Part shown: in pieces, positions 1 to 11,008 of the stretch
Layout: each line of letters starts with the position of its first letter
Numbering within the stretch: the first letter of the stretch is position 1
Source of the DNA: Felis catus
Taxonomy: Eukaryota
Assembly: GCF_018350175.1 (NCBI RefSeq)
Contig: NC_058368.1
Coordinates: 105,588,001-105,652,000, forward strand
DNA: 64,000 nucleotides
Direction: 5' to 3'
Program-made: the position numbers and the translations under genes
The notes under the pieces: model-generated
Database searches by the model: none
Told to the model about the DNA's origin: nothing
The model's input: the letters and a program-made list of their open reading frames with translations, nothing else

Positions 1-58
1 CACTCAGATTCTGTCTCTGTCTCTCTCAAAAGTAAAAAATAAACATTAAAAAAAAAAG
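1..58 (+). mobile_element. Can-SINE 3' end (cut by window edge)
   Basis: tcagattctgtctct (CT)n ...aataaacattaaaaaaaaaa. Confidence 0.8.
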
Positions 59-1159
59 GTGGAGAGCGCTGCAGGCCCAGCCTAGGCTACCAACACCTCT
101 GCTAGGTTCCCAAAGTTCTGCAGCTAACTGCTTCGTAACTATTTCCTCCTCACTTTCTACCCCAGCCCAACAGTTACACAGCCATCCCAACTCAAAGTAT
201 GCGTTCAGAGAGTACTTGGCAGAGCATTCCTGACCTCCTTGTCCATGGGAACTCCATTTCTGGCACCTCTTTTCTCTCCTTAGGGTAGTGTCTCTCTGGA
301 ACTTGTGCCCACACCACGGGGCAGGCTCTCCCTAGCCCTAGAACAAGAACCAGCTTTTCTTTCTCTTCCCCTTTACTTGGCAATGAAATCTTCATGGCCC
401 ACAGGAAAATGCAAAAATGCTCAGCTAAATAGGCTCTAGATCACAGAAGCGTCTCCTTTTCCTACAACATCTAGAAATGCAATAACCATTTAGAAATGCA
501 GTAGAAGAGTCTTCCCTCATCAAAATAGGCAGAGTATACTTTTTCTGAAACAACTGAAAATGACCTGGTTAATTTTCCCTCTTATGTTGCATTAAATTCT
601 CAACAGCTCACCTTATTATGAGTACCAAGATCAACAAATCCAAGAAGCATGGTGCAGGATTAACTTCTCTTTGGGAAGATATTCATTAGTACCCAGACTA
701 AAGTGGGAGAGAGGAAATTTAAGATCTTTGGGAGAAAAACATTAATAGGATTGGGTGACGGGTCCTCCTGTGTGCTGAGCAAGAAGATGGAGTTACTCAG
801 GTTGTCTTAATGGGTTGAGGATTGTCTTCTTACTCCTTATTCAGGGAAGATGGGGGAGAAAAGAGGACTCCTATCAATGGAATACCCACATGGTAGAGTT
901 GAGGAGCAACGTTTAGAGGGGCTGTGATCACAGTGAAGAGGAGTGTCAGGACAGAAACCTGGGTCAGCCTCTCTGGAAAGTCTCCTCCACACTTCTATTT
1001 CCTCTTAAGGAGGGGGGGGGGGCCTTCTCCTACCTTTTTACTCCTTAACTTCTCTGAACAAACATGGTCGCCTGTAATAAACAGAAAAGCATACTCCTTC
1101 GCTGAACTTTACTGACTTTCTTCCAGGTAGCTTTTTAAAAGTTCAAGAGATTGCAGTAT

Positions 1160-1221
1160 GTAGCTGGCTCAGTCAGTAGAGCATGCAACTCTTAATCTTG
1201 GGGTCATGAGTTCAAGCCCCG
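1160..1221 (+). mobile_element. Old Can-SINE tRNA-like head fragment
   Basis: gctggctcagtcagtagagcatgcaactcttaatcttggggtcatgagttcaagcccc (A and B boxes). Confidence 0.7.
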
Positions 1222-2314
1222 AAGTTCAGGAGATAGCTCTCATTTATCAGTTATTCTAGTACAAGTTCATCCACCAGAAAATAGCTCTCTGTGCAACCTG
1301 AGCTCAGTGTGTAGCTTTCAGCCATGGAGCTAATTTTGTGCCATGGTTTCACAAATAGAAGAGCTACTTTGACATTTGAAATACTTAAGCCTGTTGGAGA
1401 TACGACATGACTTGTCCTTTATCTACAGGCTGCTATTTGCAAGAGAGGTGTATCTTTTGGAAATTAATGAATATTTCCATAGATTGATATCTCATATTGT
1501 ACTTACAGGATTATGAGGAAAAAAATTCCATGTGATTTAGGTCATTTCTAATGAGAGGGAGAACTAAAACATAAAGCATTTCTTCTGTGCATTTGTGTCT
1601 TCAGCCGTGACACTTGAGAAAGTTAATGGAAATGGTAAATGCATCCAAAAAGTGTGTCTCTTCTAGGAAACAAACAAATCCAATCAAGAAAGGAGAAAAA
1701 AATGTAAAAAAGGAAAAGAATATATTAAGTATATAAATTTTGAAATGATAAAATCATGCTCTCCTTATTGCTAAAAAATTAAATGCATAGTAATTGGCAC
1801 TAATGAAGGATTAATAAAATCAACACAGCAAGAAGTAGAAAACTTAAGTAAACAACAAACAACAACCTTTGAATGAACTGAGTGAACATCATTTAAGTGC
1901 TGTGTCCAGAGAAGGTTTTGGTCCCAATGATTTTATTGTTAAATTATTTCATTGGTTCAATAACTAATTGTCAGGGCATCCAGACCCCAATCTCTTATGT
2001 TTAATTCATATTCTAAATACCTCCTCCCACACACACACTTTTTCCCAAACCTGCTTAACTTCCGGATTTCGCTGCCAAATTCCCTTTACAGGCCTCCACT
2101 GGTTCTCTGGGGCCATCCCATTGTTATTTGATTTCCCAATCAGACTGTGTAACTTCCTTAATACTTTCATATCTCCAGTGGCTTATCTTAGTTGTGGGCA
2201 GTGGAGGTTTCAATACAGGATTTTTAAATGAATGAATGAATGAACATACCAATTATTTATTTATGTTTTTTTCTTTTTTTCTTTTTTTCCAATTATTTAA
2301 AGGGGAAGGCTGCC

Positions 2315-2492
2315 GGGGCCCCTGGACAGCTCAGTCGCTTAAGCATCTGACTTGACCTTAAGTCATGATCTCATGGTTTGTGAGTTCCGACCCCTGCGTT
2401 GGGCTCTGTGCTGACAGCTTCAGATTCTGTTTCCCTCTCTCTTTCTCTCAAAAATAAACAAACATTAAAAAATTTTTTTTAGTTAAAAAAGT
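2315..2492 (+). mobile_element. Can-SINE
   Basis: tRNA head, CT tract, A-tail. TSD aaaggg(g/a)aaggctgc at 2299-2313 and 2493-2507. Confidence 0.9.
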
Positions 2493-3107
2493 AAAGGGAA
2501 AGGCTGCTGATGACAGGGAAGTGGATGAGTGGAATGAAGGCACACAGCCTTAATAGGAATGGAGCTTTTGGAAATGGGTGAGTTGGATAGGGGCTCTCTA
2601 GTCCTAACAACCACACACTATCAGGATTTGCCTGCTGTGAGATGTTCCACATGTGCTTGAATTCTTGAGGCCTACTTACAATGCAACTACTATTGTCATT
2701 TGTTAACTTATTTTGTGTCCTTCATGCTAATCATTACGATATCCTTATTTGAAGAAAGGGTCATTTAATAAGTGATTATTGATTCAGCGAATACATATTG
2801 ATGGTTATATCCTCAATACTTAACAAGTGCCTGGCATGAGGTAAGTGGTCAGTAAATATAGAGAGAGTAAATGAATAGAATCAACTGGTTTAAAAATAGG
2901 GCCTGGTTTTCCACTATATATGTCAGTGACTTGTATAAAAGGTAACAATCACCCCCCTCACTTGTTCCAGTTAAGAAAGTAAGTGCGGACTGGTGGAGCA
3001 CTGGCCTGGTCAATGGCACTACGATGATGCCCTTTCTTACTCCACCGGCACTTCCTCTTTCTGCTCTTGGGTTACCGGACCATCTCCATTTATAAGTGAC
3101 CTATAAA

Positions 3108-3314
3108 GGGGCACTGGGGTGGCTCAGTCAGTTAAGGATCCAACTCTTGATTTCCACTCAGGCTATGATCTCATGGTTCCTGAGATAGATCCTGGTGATG
3201 GGCTCTGTGCCGACAGAGCGGAGCCTGCTTAGGATTCTCTCTCCGTCTCTCTCTCCTCTCTCCCTTGCTTAAGCTCTTTATCTCTCTCTTTGAAAATAAA
3301 TAAACTTAAAAAAG
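3108..3314 (+). mobile_element. Can-SINE
   Basis: TSD taagtgacctataaa at 3093-3107 and 3315-3329. Confidence 0.92.
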
Positions 3315-3779
3315 TAAGTGACCTATAAAGACAAATAATTAACATCACAAATACTTCTAGAATTACTCCAGCCCAAGTACAGTGCCAGAGACATAAAAAG
3401 GAAGAAGACAGTGTCCCTGTCCTTGAGCAATTCACAGATGCCTGTTGTAAATGAGTAACTGGAAAGCAATGCCAAAATCCAAGAACAGCGAAGTGGATTT
3501 TTTTTTAATGCTCTAGAAAAACACTTGTTGGAGTAAAAGGTCGGAACTATTGGCTATTATGGGACTTAAAAGTTACACATCCGTACCTTTTCCATCTAGA
3601 GTCCATGAGCTGAATGCAAAGAAACGCATGGGGGATGAATGCCTAAGGTGAAGGCATTCACAGTAACAGCTGGCAATTTTTCCATTTGTTATCTCATTTA
3701 ATCCTCAAATCTCCAATAAGCTAGTTTCTATTATTATCCTCATTTTACATTAGAGACAGAGGCTTCCAGATCTTAAACG

Positions 3780-5460
3780 ACGTCGCTGCCAAGGGCCCTA
3801 TTTAGAGCTCAGAGAAAAAATAGGTGCCGTATGCTGCTACGTGACGTAAGACCAGGAAGCCCTGAGACTGGGAAGCCATCACCTGGAGAAGAAGACAGGT
3901 GCTGGCCTTCAGGAGGGGCTTTCGTTTTCCCAACAAGGAAGCCCAAATGGGCCAGGCCAAATCATTTCCCAGGCTGAGGATTAGGGAGGTGAGCATGACC
4001 TTGGGACCCTTGCTGCGCGGCCCAGGGGGAGAGTTGGCAGAGATCGGTGCGTGAGCTTGGTGGAGAAAAAAGAGAAGGACCCTCAAGGGAGCTGAAGAGA
4101 AGCAAGCAAGGAGGCAGAAAGTGGGGGAGGGGAAGAGAATCTGGGGAGACAGCTGGGGAGACGTGGGGGATGGGGGAGGAGACAAACCGGAAAAGTGGGA
4201 AGAGCTGGGGGAGGGATCCGGGAGAGGGAAGCTGAAGAGGGCAAAGAGGAAGGGCAGCTGGTGGGCGGGGGGATCAGCCCAAGGGAAGAAGTGGGGAGGA
4301 GAAGTGGGGCTGGGGAGCTGGGCGACGGGCGCCCTCTCTCAAGCCGTCTTTCAAAGGCCCCTCCCACACGACGTGAGCCCTGAAGCAGGTGCCACAGGGA
4401 AGGTGGGTGGGGAGCGGTGGGGCTGGTGTGCAAAGCCCAAGTCCGGGAGGAAAGGGAGCCAGTGTTTAGCTTGGTGTCTAAGTGTTTACTTAAGGAATTA
4501 GTCACCTGCTGGGCCAAGTCCAGCCACCCGCTGTTATCTTAAATGCCCTTTAAGGGCTCCTCGGTGGCTTTTGTTCTTGGAGGATTACTGAACATTTGGG
4601 TCTCACAGGTGTCCTTTGTTTTGAGAAAACTTTGCCGGGAAAGTCGGAATGGAGACAAATCCGTGTTTGTTAAACTTCCAGTCTTTTGAGAGGTCCCTTT
4701 CCGAGACAGGGGACTCTGAGGGTTGACATCAGCTCGGGGTCGGATCGGAGGGGTGAGCGGTCCTGCTCACCCCGCGTCACCCCGTACTCAGGAGCAGGCC
4801 AACAGAAGAAAGCTTGGTGATGTTTTCTTCCCTCCCTCCTCGATCTCCCGCCCTTTCTTGTGCCCTCTCTTCCATCCACTAAAACTGGAGGAGTCCCGAC
4901 TTAATTGACTTAATTCCTGGCCTTCTGTCTTCTGTTCGACATTTCTCAAGTTTCACCATTTTATTGGTTGATTGATTTGATTTGACTTTGGAGGGTGTTT
5001 TGAAGAAAAACGTGGCTTGAAAATATTTCCTACTTAAAAACAGATTCCTCCCCCTCCCCCCATTCTGACTTGAGTTTTACTGAACGCCAACCTACGAGTG
5101 AAGACTCGACGTGGCGGGGGGAGGGGGGCGGAAAGGGGGGAGGGGGGCAGCAGGGGTCAGGGCCCATCCCGGCCGCACAAGGAGAACGCGCCGCCGCACG
5201 CTGCGTCCTCCGCGGATGCCGGAGCCCCGCGAACCGCGTTTACCCCGACAGGGGCTCCCCCGTGTGGCTACAGGGGTTAGCAACGTCTGTGACTTGAACA
5301 TTTACTTGCGTTCTCTTCTGAGGACGGAAGGCAGGCCCCGGGGTCCTGACCTCTTGAGCAGACTGAGGAGAGGCTCTTGTTTTATTTTTAGCACGTTTTT
5401 GTTTTCTTAAGATTAGAAAAAGTTTCCAGCTTTTCTCAGGCTGACATGCAAGGACCCCGG
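3780..5460. promoter_or_regulatory. GC/CpG-enriched promoter-like region without an identifiable coding gene
   Basis: TACGTGACGTAA (CRE/ATF-like) at ~3838-3849, CAGGAAG (ETS-like), purine-rich G-tract block 4060-4450, GC box and G6 runs at 5116-5147, dense CpGs at 5170-5265. Confidence 0.5.
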
Positions 5461-5965
5461 CAGGGGAATTTAGTGATGTCCAATGTTCGAGTAACCACAC
5501 TGCTGCCTGGGAAATGATTTGGGGTAGAGTTGTTGCAGGAACAACTTGCCGTGCAAATGAGGGAAAGGGGAGGGGTAAGACCTAGGTGAATTGAACACAC
5601 TGGGCAGCAGGCATTTTACATCATTCAATCTTCAGAATATCCCAGGGTGAGTAGGAATTGTCCCAGTTTACAGAAGAGGAAATTGAGGTTCTCAGAGGCC
5701 CAAGGGCTAAAAATGATGTAGCTGGGGTTCAAACGGTAACCTGACTGACCCCAGAAGTTTGCACTAATGAGAACTGCTACAAGAGGGGAGAGTTGCTTAA
5801 TTCCCTCTCCCTAGAGATGTCACACTCCGGATGAAATTCCTCATGTATCAAGTAAGCAACGTCACAGCTGTATGACTCACCTGAGTTATGTGTTTTCGCT
5901 TCTGATCCCTGCATTGATATAGTACGTTGTATTTTCATATTTAATCTTGAGAACAGTTATATGAG

Positions 5966-6100
5966 ATTTTTTTTTTAATTTCAGCTTTTTTGAGGTATAA
6001 TTGACAACTAAAATTCCAAGATATTTAAAGTACACATTGTGATAATTTGATAAACTTTTACATTGTGAAGAGATTCTTCCAAATAATTAATACATTTATC
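5966..6100 (-). mobile_element. Short old L1 3'-end fragment
   Basis: T-tail followed by gaggtataattgaca...atatttaaagtacac, a typical L1M 3' terminus. Confidence 0.6.
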
Positions 6101-6222
6101 ATCATCACCATCATTATTATTGATAATTCATAAAATAAAGTGAGGTTGAGGGAGATGATGACAGCTAGTAAGTTATGAGAGCTAACAAATGGATTCCCCC
6201 CCATTTAGTTATGTGAAATCTA

Positions 6223-6335
6223 TTTTTTAAAAAGATTTTATTTTTAAGTAATCGCTGCACCCAACGTGGGCCTCAAACTCACAACCATGAGATGAAGGGT
6301 GGCATGATCTACCCAATGAGCCAGCCAAGCACCCC
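6223..6335 (-). mobile_element. Short old Can-SINE
   Basis: aagattttatttttaagtaatc...gagccagccaagcacccc. TSD atgtgaaatc(t/c)atttt. Confidence 0.85.
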
Positions 6336-7781
6336 AGTAATGTGAAATCCATTTTGATCCTCCTATCAAGTTGCCTTACATCTGCCTATAATTCATAGAC
6401 TAGTTTTTAACGTTTTTTCAAATGAGGATGTCAGTGATACCTAAAATCATATTGGGAGTTAGGGCTTCAACATATGAATTGGGGAGGACATACAGAAATA
6501 CAATCTGTAATAATCCTGTTAGAAAATTCAAACAAAAAACACACTTGTCTCCCAAAAGGTCCAGCAACACCTGTGGCTGCCTGCCACTGACCCATTTGGG
6601 ACCATAACTTTGTTTTTCTATCAATCACTTTGCCAGGCTGGTCACGTGAGCCATCCCAAAGCCAGGTGTGTGTCAGCCTCATTGAAATGAGAGGGGAAGA
6701 GAGGGAAATTATGAGCTCTCATCAAAGAAAAGGGGCAAGTTGAGGCCAAATGGCAAATAGCAAACAGTGCGAGGCTACAAGACCTACAAACTGCATGCCA
6801 GGCTTGGGTGGGGCAGAGTTCTCCTGTGTGATGGAAGATAAGTCATCAAACCTCTCTGTGCCCCTGGCATCACAGGCCAGATCATGGGAAGACCAGGGAA
6901 GACACAGATGTTAAAGCGCTTAGGAATCAGTGCTCGTAGAACTGGGGGACTAGAAAGGACTTTAGGTATCAGTACTAATGGTGAAGCAACCGTGAATCCT
7001 CTGTGTCTGTAGAATTGCCTATTTTGGATATTTCTAATCAGTGGAAATATTTAATATATGGTATTTTGTGTCTAACTTCTTTCCTTAGCATAATGTTTTC
7101 AAAGTTCACTCATGGAGTGTGTATCATTTTATTCCTTTCTATGGCCACATAATATTCCATTTTACAGATGTATCACATTTGGTTAACCCAGTTATCAATT
7201 GATGGACATTAGCGTTGTTCCTACATTTTGTCTGTTATGAATAATGCTGCTATAAACATTCAGGTACAGGGTTTTGGGTGGACATATGTTTTCATTTCTC
7301 TCGAGTACATACCCGAGAGTAGAACTGCTGAGATATGCGCTGAAGTTTAATTGTTGGAAGAATTGCCAGACTCTTTTCCAAAGTGGCTACACAGGTGTAC
7401 GTTCCCACCAGCAGTATATGAGGGTTCTGATTTTTTCACCAACATTTGTTATTGTCTGACTTGTTACTGTAGCCATCCTAGTGGGCATGAAGAAATATCT
7501 CATTATGGTTTTGTTTTGCTTTTCTCTGATGAATATTACTGTCCAGCATCTTTTCTTGTGCTTAGTGGCCACTCTATATCTTTCTTAGAGAAATATATCT
7601 TCAGAGCTTTTTCCCATTTCTTAATTGGGGTATTTGCCTTTTTATTCTTGTGATGTAAGACTATTTATATATCCTAGTTACAAGTCCCTTACCAGACACA
7701 TGATTTACAACTTTTTCCCCCATTCGGGGGGTTGGTTTTTTACTTACTTAGTGTCATTTGATGCAAAAAGTTTTTAATTTT

Positions 7782-7889
7782 TTTGAAAGATTTTATTTTT
7801 AAGTAATCTATGCACCCATTGTGAGGCTCAAACTCACAATCCCGAGATCAAGAGAACATGCTTTACTAATTGAGCCAGCCAGGCACACT
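7782..7889 (-). mobile_element. Short old Can-SINE
   Basis: aagattttatttttaagtaatctatgcacc...tgagccagccaggcac. Confidence 0.85.
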
Positions 7890-7910
7890 GCAAAAAAAGT
7901 TTTTAATTTT

Positions 7911-8115
7911 TTTTTTTCAACATTTATTTATTTTTGGGACAGAGAGAGACAGAGCGTGAACGGGCGAGGGGCAGAGAGAGAGGGAGACACAGAATCGGAA
8001 ACAGGCTCCAGGCTCTGAGCCATCAGCCCAGAGCCCGACGCGGGGCTCGAACTCACGGACCGCGAGATCGTGACCTGGCTGAAGTCGGACGCTTAACCGA
8101 CTGCGCCACCCAGGC
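7911..8115 (-). mobile_element. Young SINEC_Fc-type SINE
   Basis: Near-consensus and CpG-rich (gagcccgacgcggggctcgaactcacggaccgcgagatcgtgacc). Confidence 0.95.
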
Positions 8116-8895
8116 AAAAAAGTTTTTAATTTTAATGCAGCCCAATTTATCTTTTTTTCATTTTGTTTGTGGTTTTGATGTCAAATTTAAGAATTTGTTG
8201 CCAAATCTGCAATCATGAAGATTTACCACTATGATTTTCTCGAATAGTTTAATACTTGTAGCTTTGATATTTGGGTGTTTGATCCATTTTGAGTTAGTTT
8301 TTGCATATCATGTAAGGTAAGAGTTCAGTTTCACTCTTTTGCATGTGGCTATCCAGTTATCCCAGCATCATTTGCTAAGAAGACTATCCTTTCCCCACTG
8401 TATTTTCTTGACAGCCTTGTTGAAAATCAGTTTACCACAAACACATGAATTCTCAGTTCTGTTCCATTGATCTATGTGTCTTTGTTCTGTCATCAGGCTG
8501 TGTTGATCACTGCTACTTTGTAGTAATTTTTAAAGTTGGGAAGTATGAATCCTTCTACTTTGGAATTCTTTTTCAAGATTGCTTTGGCTTTTTGGAGTCA
8601 CTTGCAATTCCATGTAAATTTTGGAATCGGCTCATCATTTTCTATAAAGATATTTGTTAGGATTCGAATAGAGATTGCACAGGATCTGTGGGTCAATTTG
8701 GGTAGTATTGCTATCCTCCTCATGTTAAGCTTTCCAATCAATGGACGTGAGATGCTTTTCCGTTTACTTGGAAACTTTTTAATTTATTTTAAGAACATGT
8801 TGTAGTCCCCAGAATATGAGTTTTGCACTTCTTTTGTTAAATTTATTCCCAAGTCTTTTATTCTTACTGATGCAATTGTGAATGGAATTATTTTC

Positions 8896-9092
8896 CTTTT
8901 TTATAGTTTATTTATTTTGAGAGAAAATGCACATCCATGCAAGGGGGGGAGGGGGGGAGAGAGAATCCCAAGCAGGCTCCACGCTGTCAGCATGGAACCC
9001 CACTCGAGGCTCAATCCCACAAACCATGACATCATGACCTGAGCCGAAGTCAAGAGTCGGAAACATAACTGACTGAGCCACCCAGGTACCCC
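8896..9092 (-). mobile_element. Can-SINE
   Basis: TSD tggaattattttc on both sides. Confidence 0.9.
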
Positions 9093-9339
9093 TGGAATTA
9101 TTTTCTTAATTTTATTTCCAGGTAGTTCATTGCAAATATATAGAAATACAATTCATTTTTGGGTATTGAGCTACTATGTTTTTATGAATCTTAAATCAGC
9201 TGGAGTTGTGTTTTTGGTGCTTAGAACTGACAGAATGCTAACCAGTCTTTTTCTCTACACTGTGCCGTAACTGCCTTCCCTGAAGGTTGGAATGTAAAAC
9301 TGTATTTAACATTGTTCACAGAGAGCTTTCATGTGATCT

Positions 9340-9505
9340 GACTTGATTCCCTACTCATCTTGGCAGGCATGCAAGGGTATTTTTATCTGTATTTTAAGGT
9401 GCAGGAAACTGAGGCTGCCAAAGCTAAATGACAAAATAGGCCTCAGCTTAGTACGTGGCATATCTGGGACTAGAACCCGGGTCTTCTGACCCCAATCCAA
9501 AGCCC
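9340..9505 (-). mobile_element. MIR remnant
   Basis: attttaaggtgcaggaaactgaggc...ctgggactagaacccgggtcttctgac (MIR core). Confidence 0.65.
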
Positions 9506-10486
9506 TTCCTGAATCATTGTCCTAAGAAGCTCACTAGGCTTGACAGAGATACTGTCCTGATGTGCCGGCCAGGAAGGAAGTATGGTGCACAGAAACATTA
9601 CCCCAAATAGGGACCTAGAAGCAGGGCCTCAGAGAGTGGGCTCTGAGTTGAAACTCAAGAGATTAAATTCTTACATCCACCCCCCCAAGTACAAATGATG
9701 ACTTACCAACTACAGAACCTTTTTTTTTTTAATAAAGTCTTAATTCTAAAATGTATGGAAAATGAAACTCACTCCTGCACCCCAATATGGTTTGGAATAT
9801 TCGTGGTAGATAATTTACATGATTGTGGGAACTATACAAACTCTTGTAGTTGCAGGGCCAATATCTAAGGAGGCCAATTTGGCACTGCATTTTTTTAATA
9901 AACATAATTATAATGAAAGTTGAAGTAAAGGAAATTCAGTAGAGTATGTGCTGTATTTGGCATCTATCTAAACATTGGAATTAAGACCAGTGAGGGAGGT
10001 CCATTACTTGGCTTGAAAGTTGAAACATTTCTTTATAATTGCTCTCTGCTGTAGGTCATCATTTTTTTAATTTAAGAGCTGTTTTAACCCTGTTTTCATA
10101 TTTCTGTAGGGCCATGACAAATGTAATCGCATGCATTAAGAGCGTCTGTTAACTTAAAAAGGAAGAATAGTTAGCAAAATTCTCCATCTTACTGGTGAGT
10201 CAGATTCAAATAGTGAGTTCCACTTAAATGATAAGTGTATTTTATGTTAACTCTTCGTATATGCGTGGCAGATAGAGCAAGATAGAGAGCAAGTAAGCAG
10301 ACCCAATGGAACCTCTGTTTTGGTTGTCAAATTTCCTATTAAGGGCTTGTTTGGTTCACAACTGCAATACAAGTCTCCTTGTGGCTTATCCAAATAGCTG
10401 TGGGCTATTTTATAATAATTTGTAGTAGGGAGGGGTTAGGGGATTCCTCATTCAGGAGAGTTCTCCCTCCTTACAACTACCATTTT

Positions 10487-11008
10487 TTTAATGAATATAA
10501 TTTATTGTCAAATTGGCCTACATACAACACCCAGTGCTCATCCCAACAAGTGCCGTCCTCAGTGCCCATTACCCATTCTCCCACCACCCCGCATCCTCCC
10601 TCAGTTTGTTCTCTGTATTTAAGAGTCTCTTGTGGTTTGCTTCCCTCCCACTCTGTTTGTAACTATTTTTGCCCCTTCCCTTCCCCCATGGTCTTCTGTT
10701 AAGTTTCTCAAGATCCACATATGAGTGAAAACATATGATATCTGTCCTTCTCTGACTGACTTAGTTCACTCAGCATAATACCTTTCAGCTCCGTCCATGT
10801 TGCTGCAAAAGGCATGATTTCATTCTTTGTCTTGGTGAAGTAGTATTCCATTGTATATATAAACCACATCTTCTTTATCCACTCATCGGTTGATGGACAT
10901 TTAGGCTGTTGCCATAATTTGCCTATTGTTGAAAGTGCTGCTATAAACATTGGGATACATGTGCCCCTGTGCATCAGCACTCCTTTATCCCTTGGGTAGA
11001 TTCCTAGG
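10487..11008 (-). mobile_element. 5'-truncated young felid L1 (3' end) with TSD
   Basis: ORF2 C-terminal remnant (PMFIAALSTI...PKCPSTDEWIKKMW) plus 3'UTR. TSD acaactaccatttt at 10473-10486 and 11009-11022. Confidence 0.93.

Larger units (their letters stand above)
6990..9170 (-). mobile_element. Old L1 (L1M-type) 3' portion interrupted by three SINEs
   Basis: Degenerate ORF2/3'UTR motifs (ttcccaccagcagtatatgagggtt, gcatgtggctatccagtt, gcaattgtgaatggaatt). Confidence 0.8.

Noticed and set aside
1160..1221. tRNA-Lys-like sequence
   Set aside because: Lacks a pairing acceptor stem; matches the tRNA-derived head of Can-SINEs rather than a tRNA gene.
3802..4517. Overlapping Pro/Ser-rich and Gly-rich ORFs (127-144 aa)
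   Set aside because: By-products of the purine-rich low-complexity block, open in several frames on both strands.
7917..8218. Recurrent ORFs such as ...RQSVNGRGAEREGDTESETGSRL
   Set aside because: Translations of SINEC_Fc sequence that recur at every young SINE.
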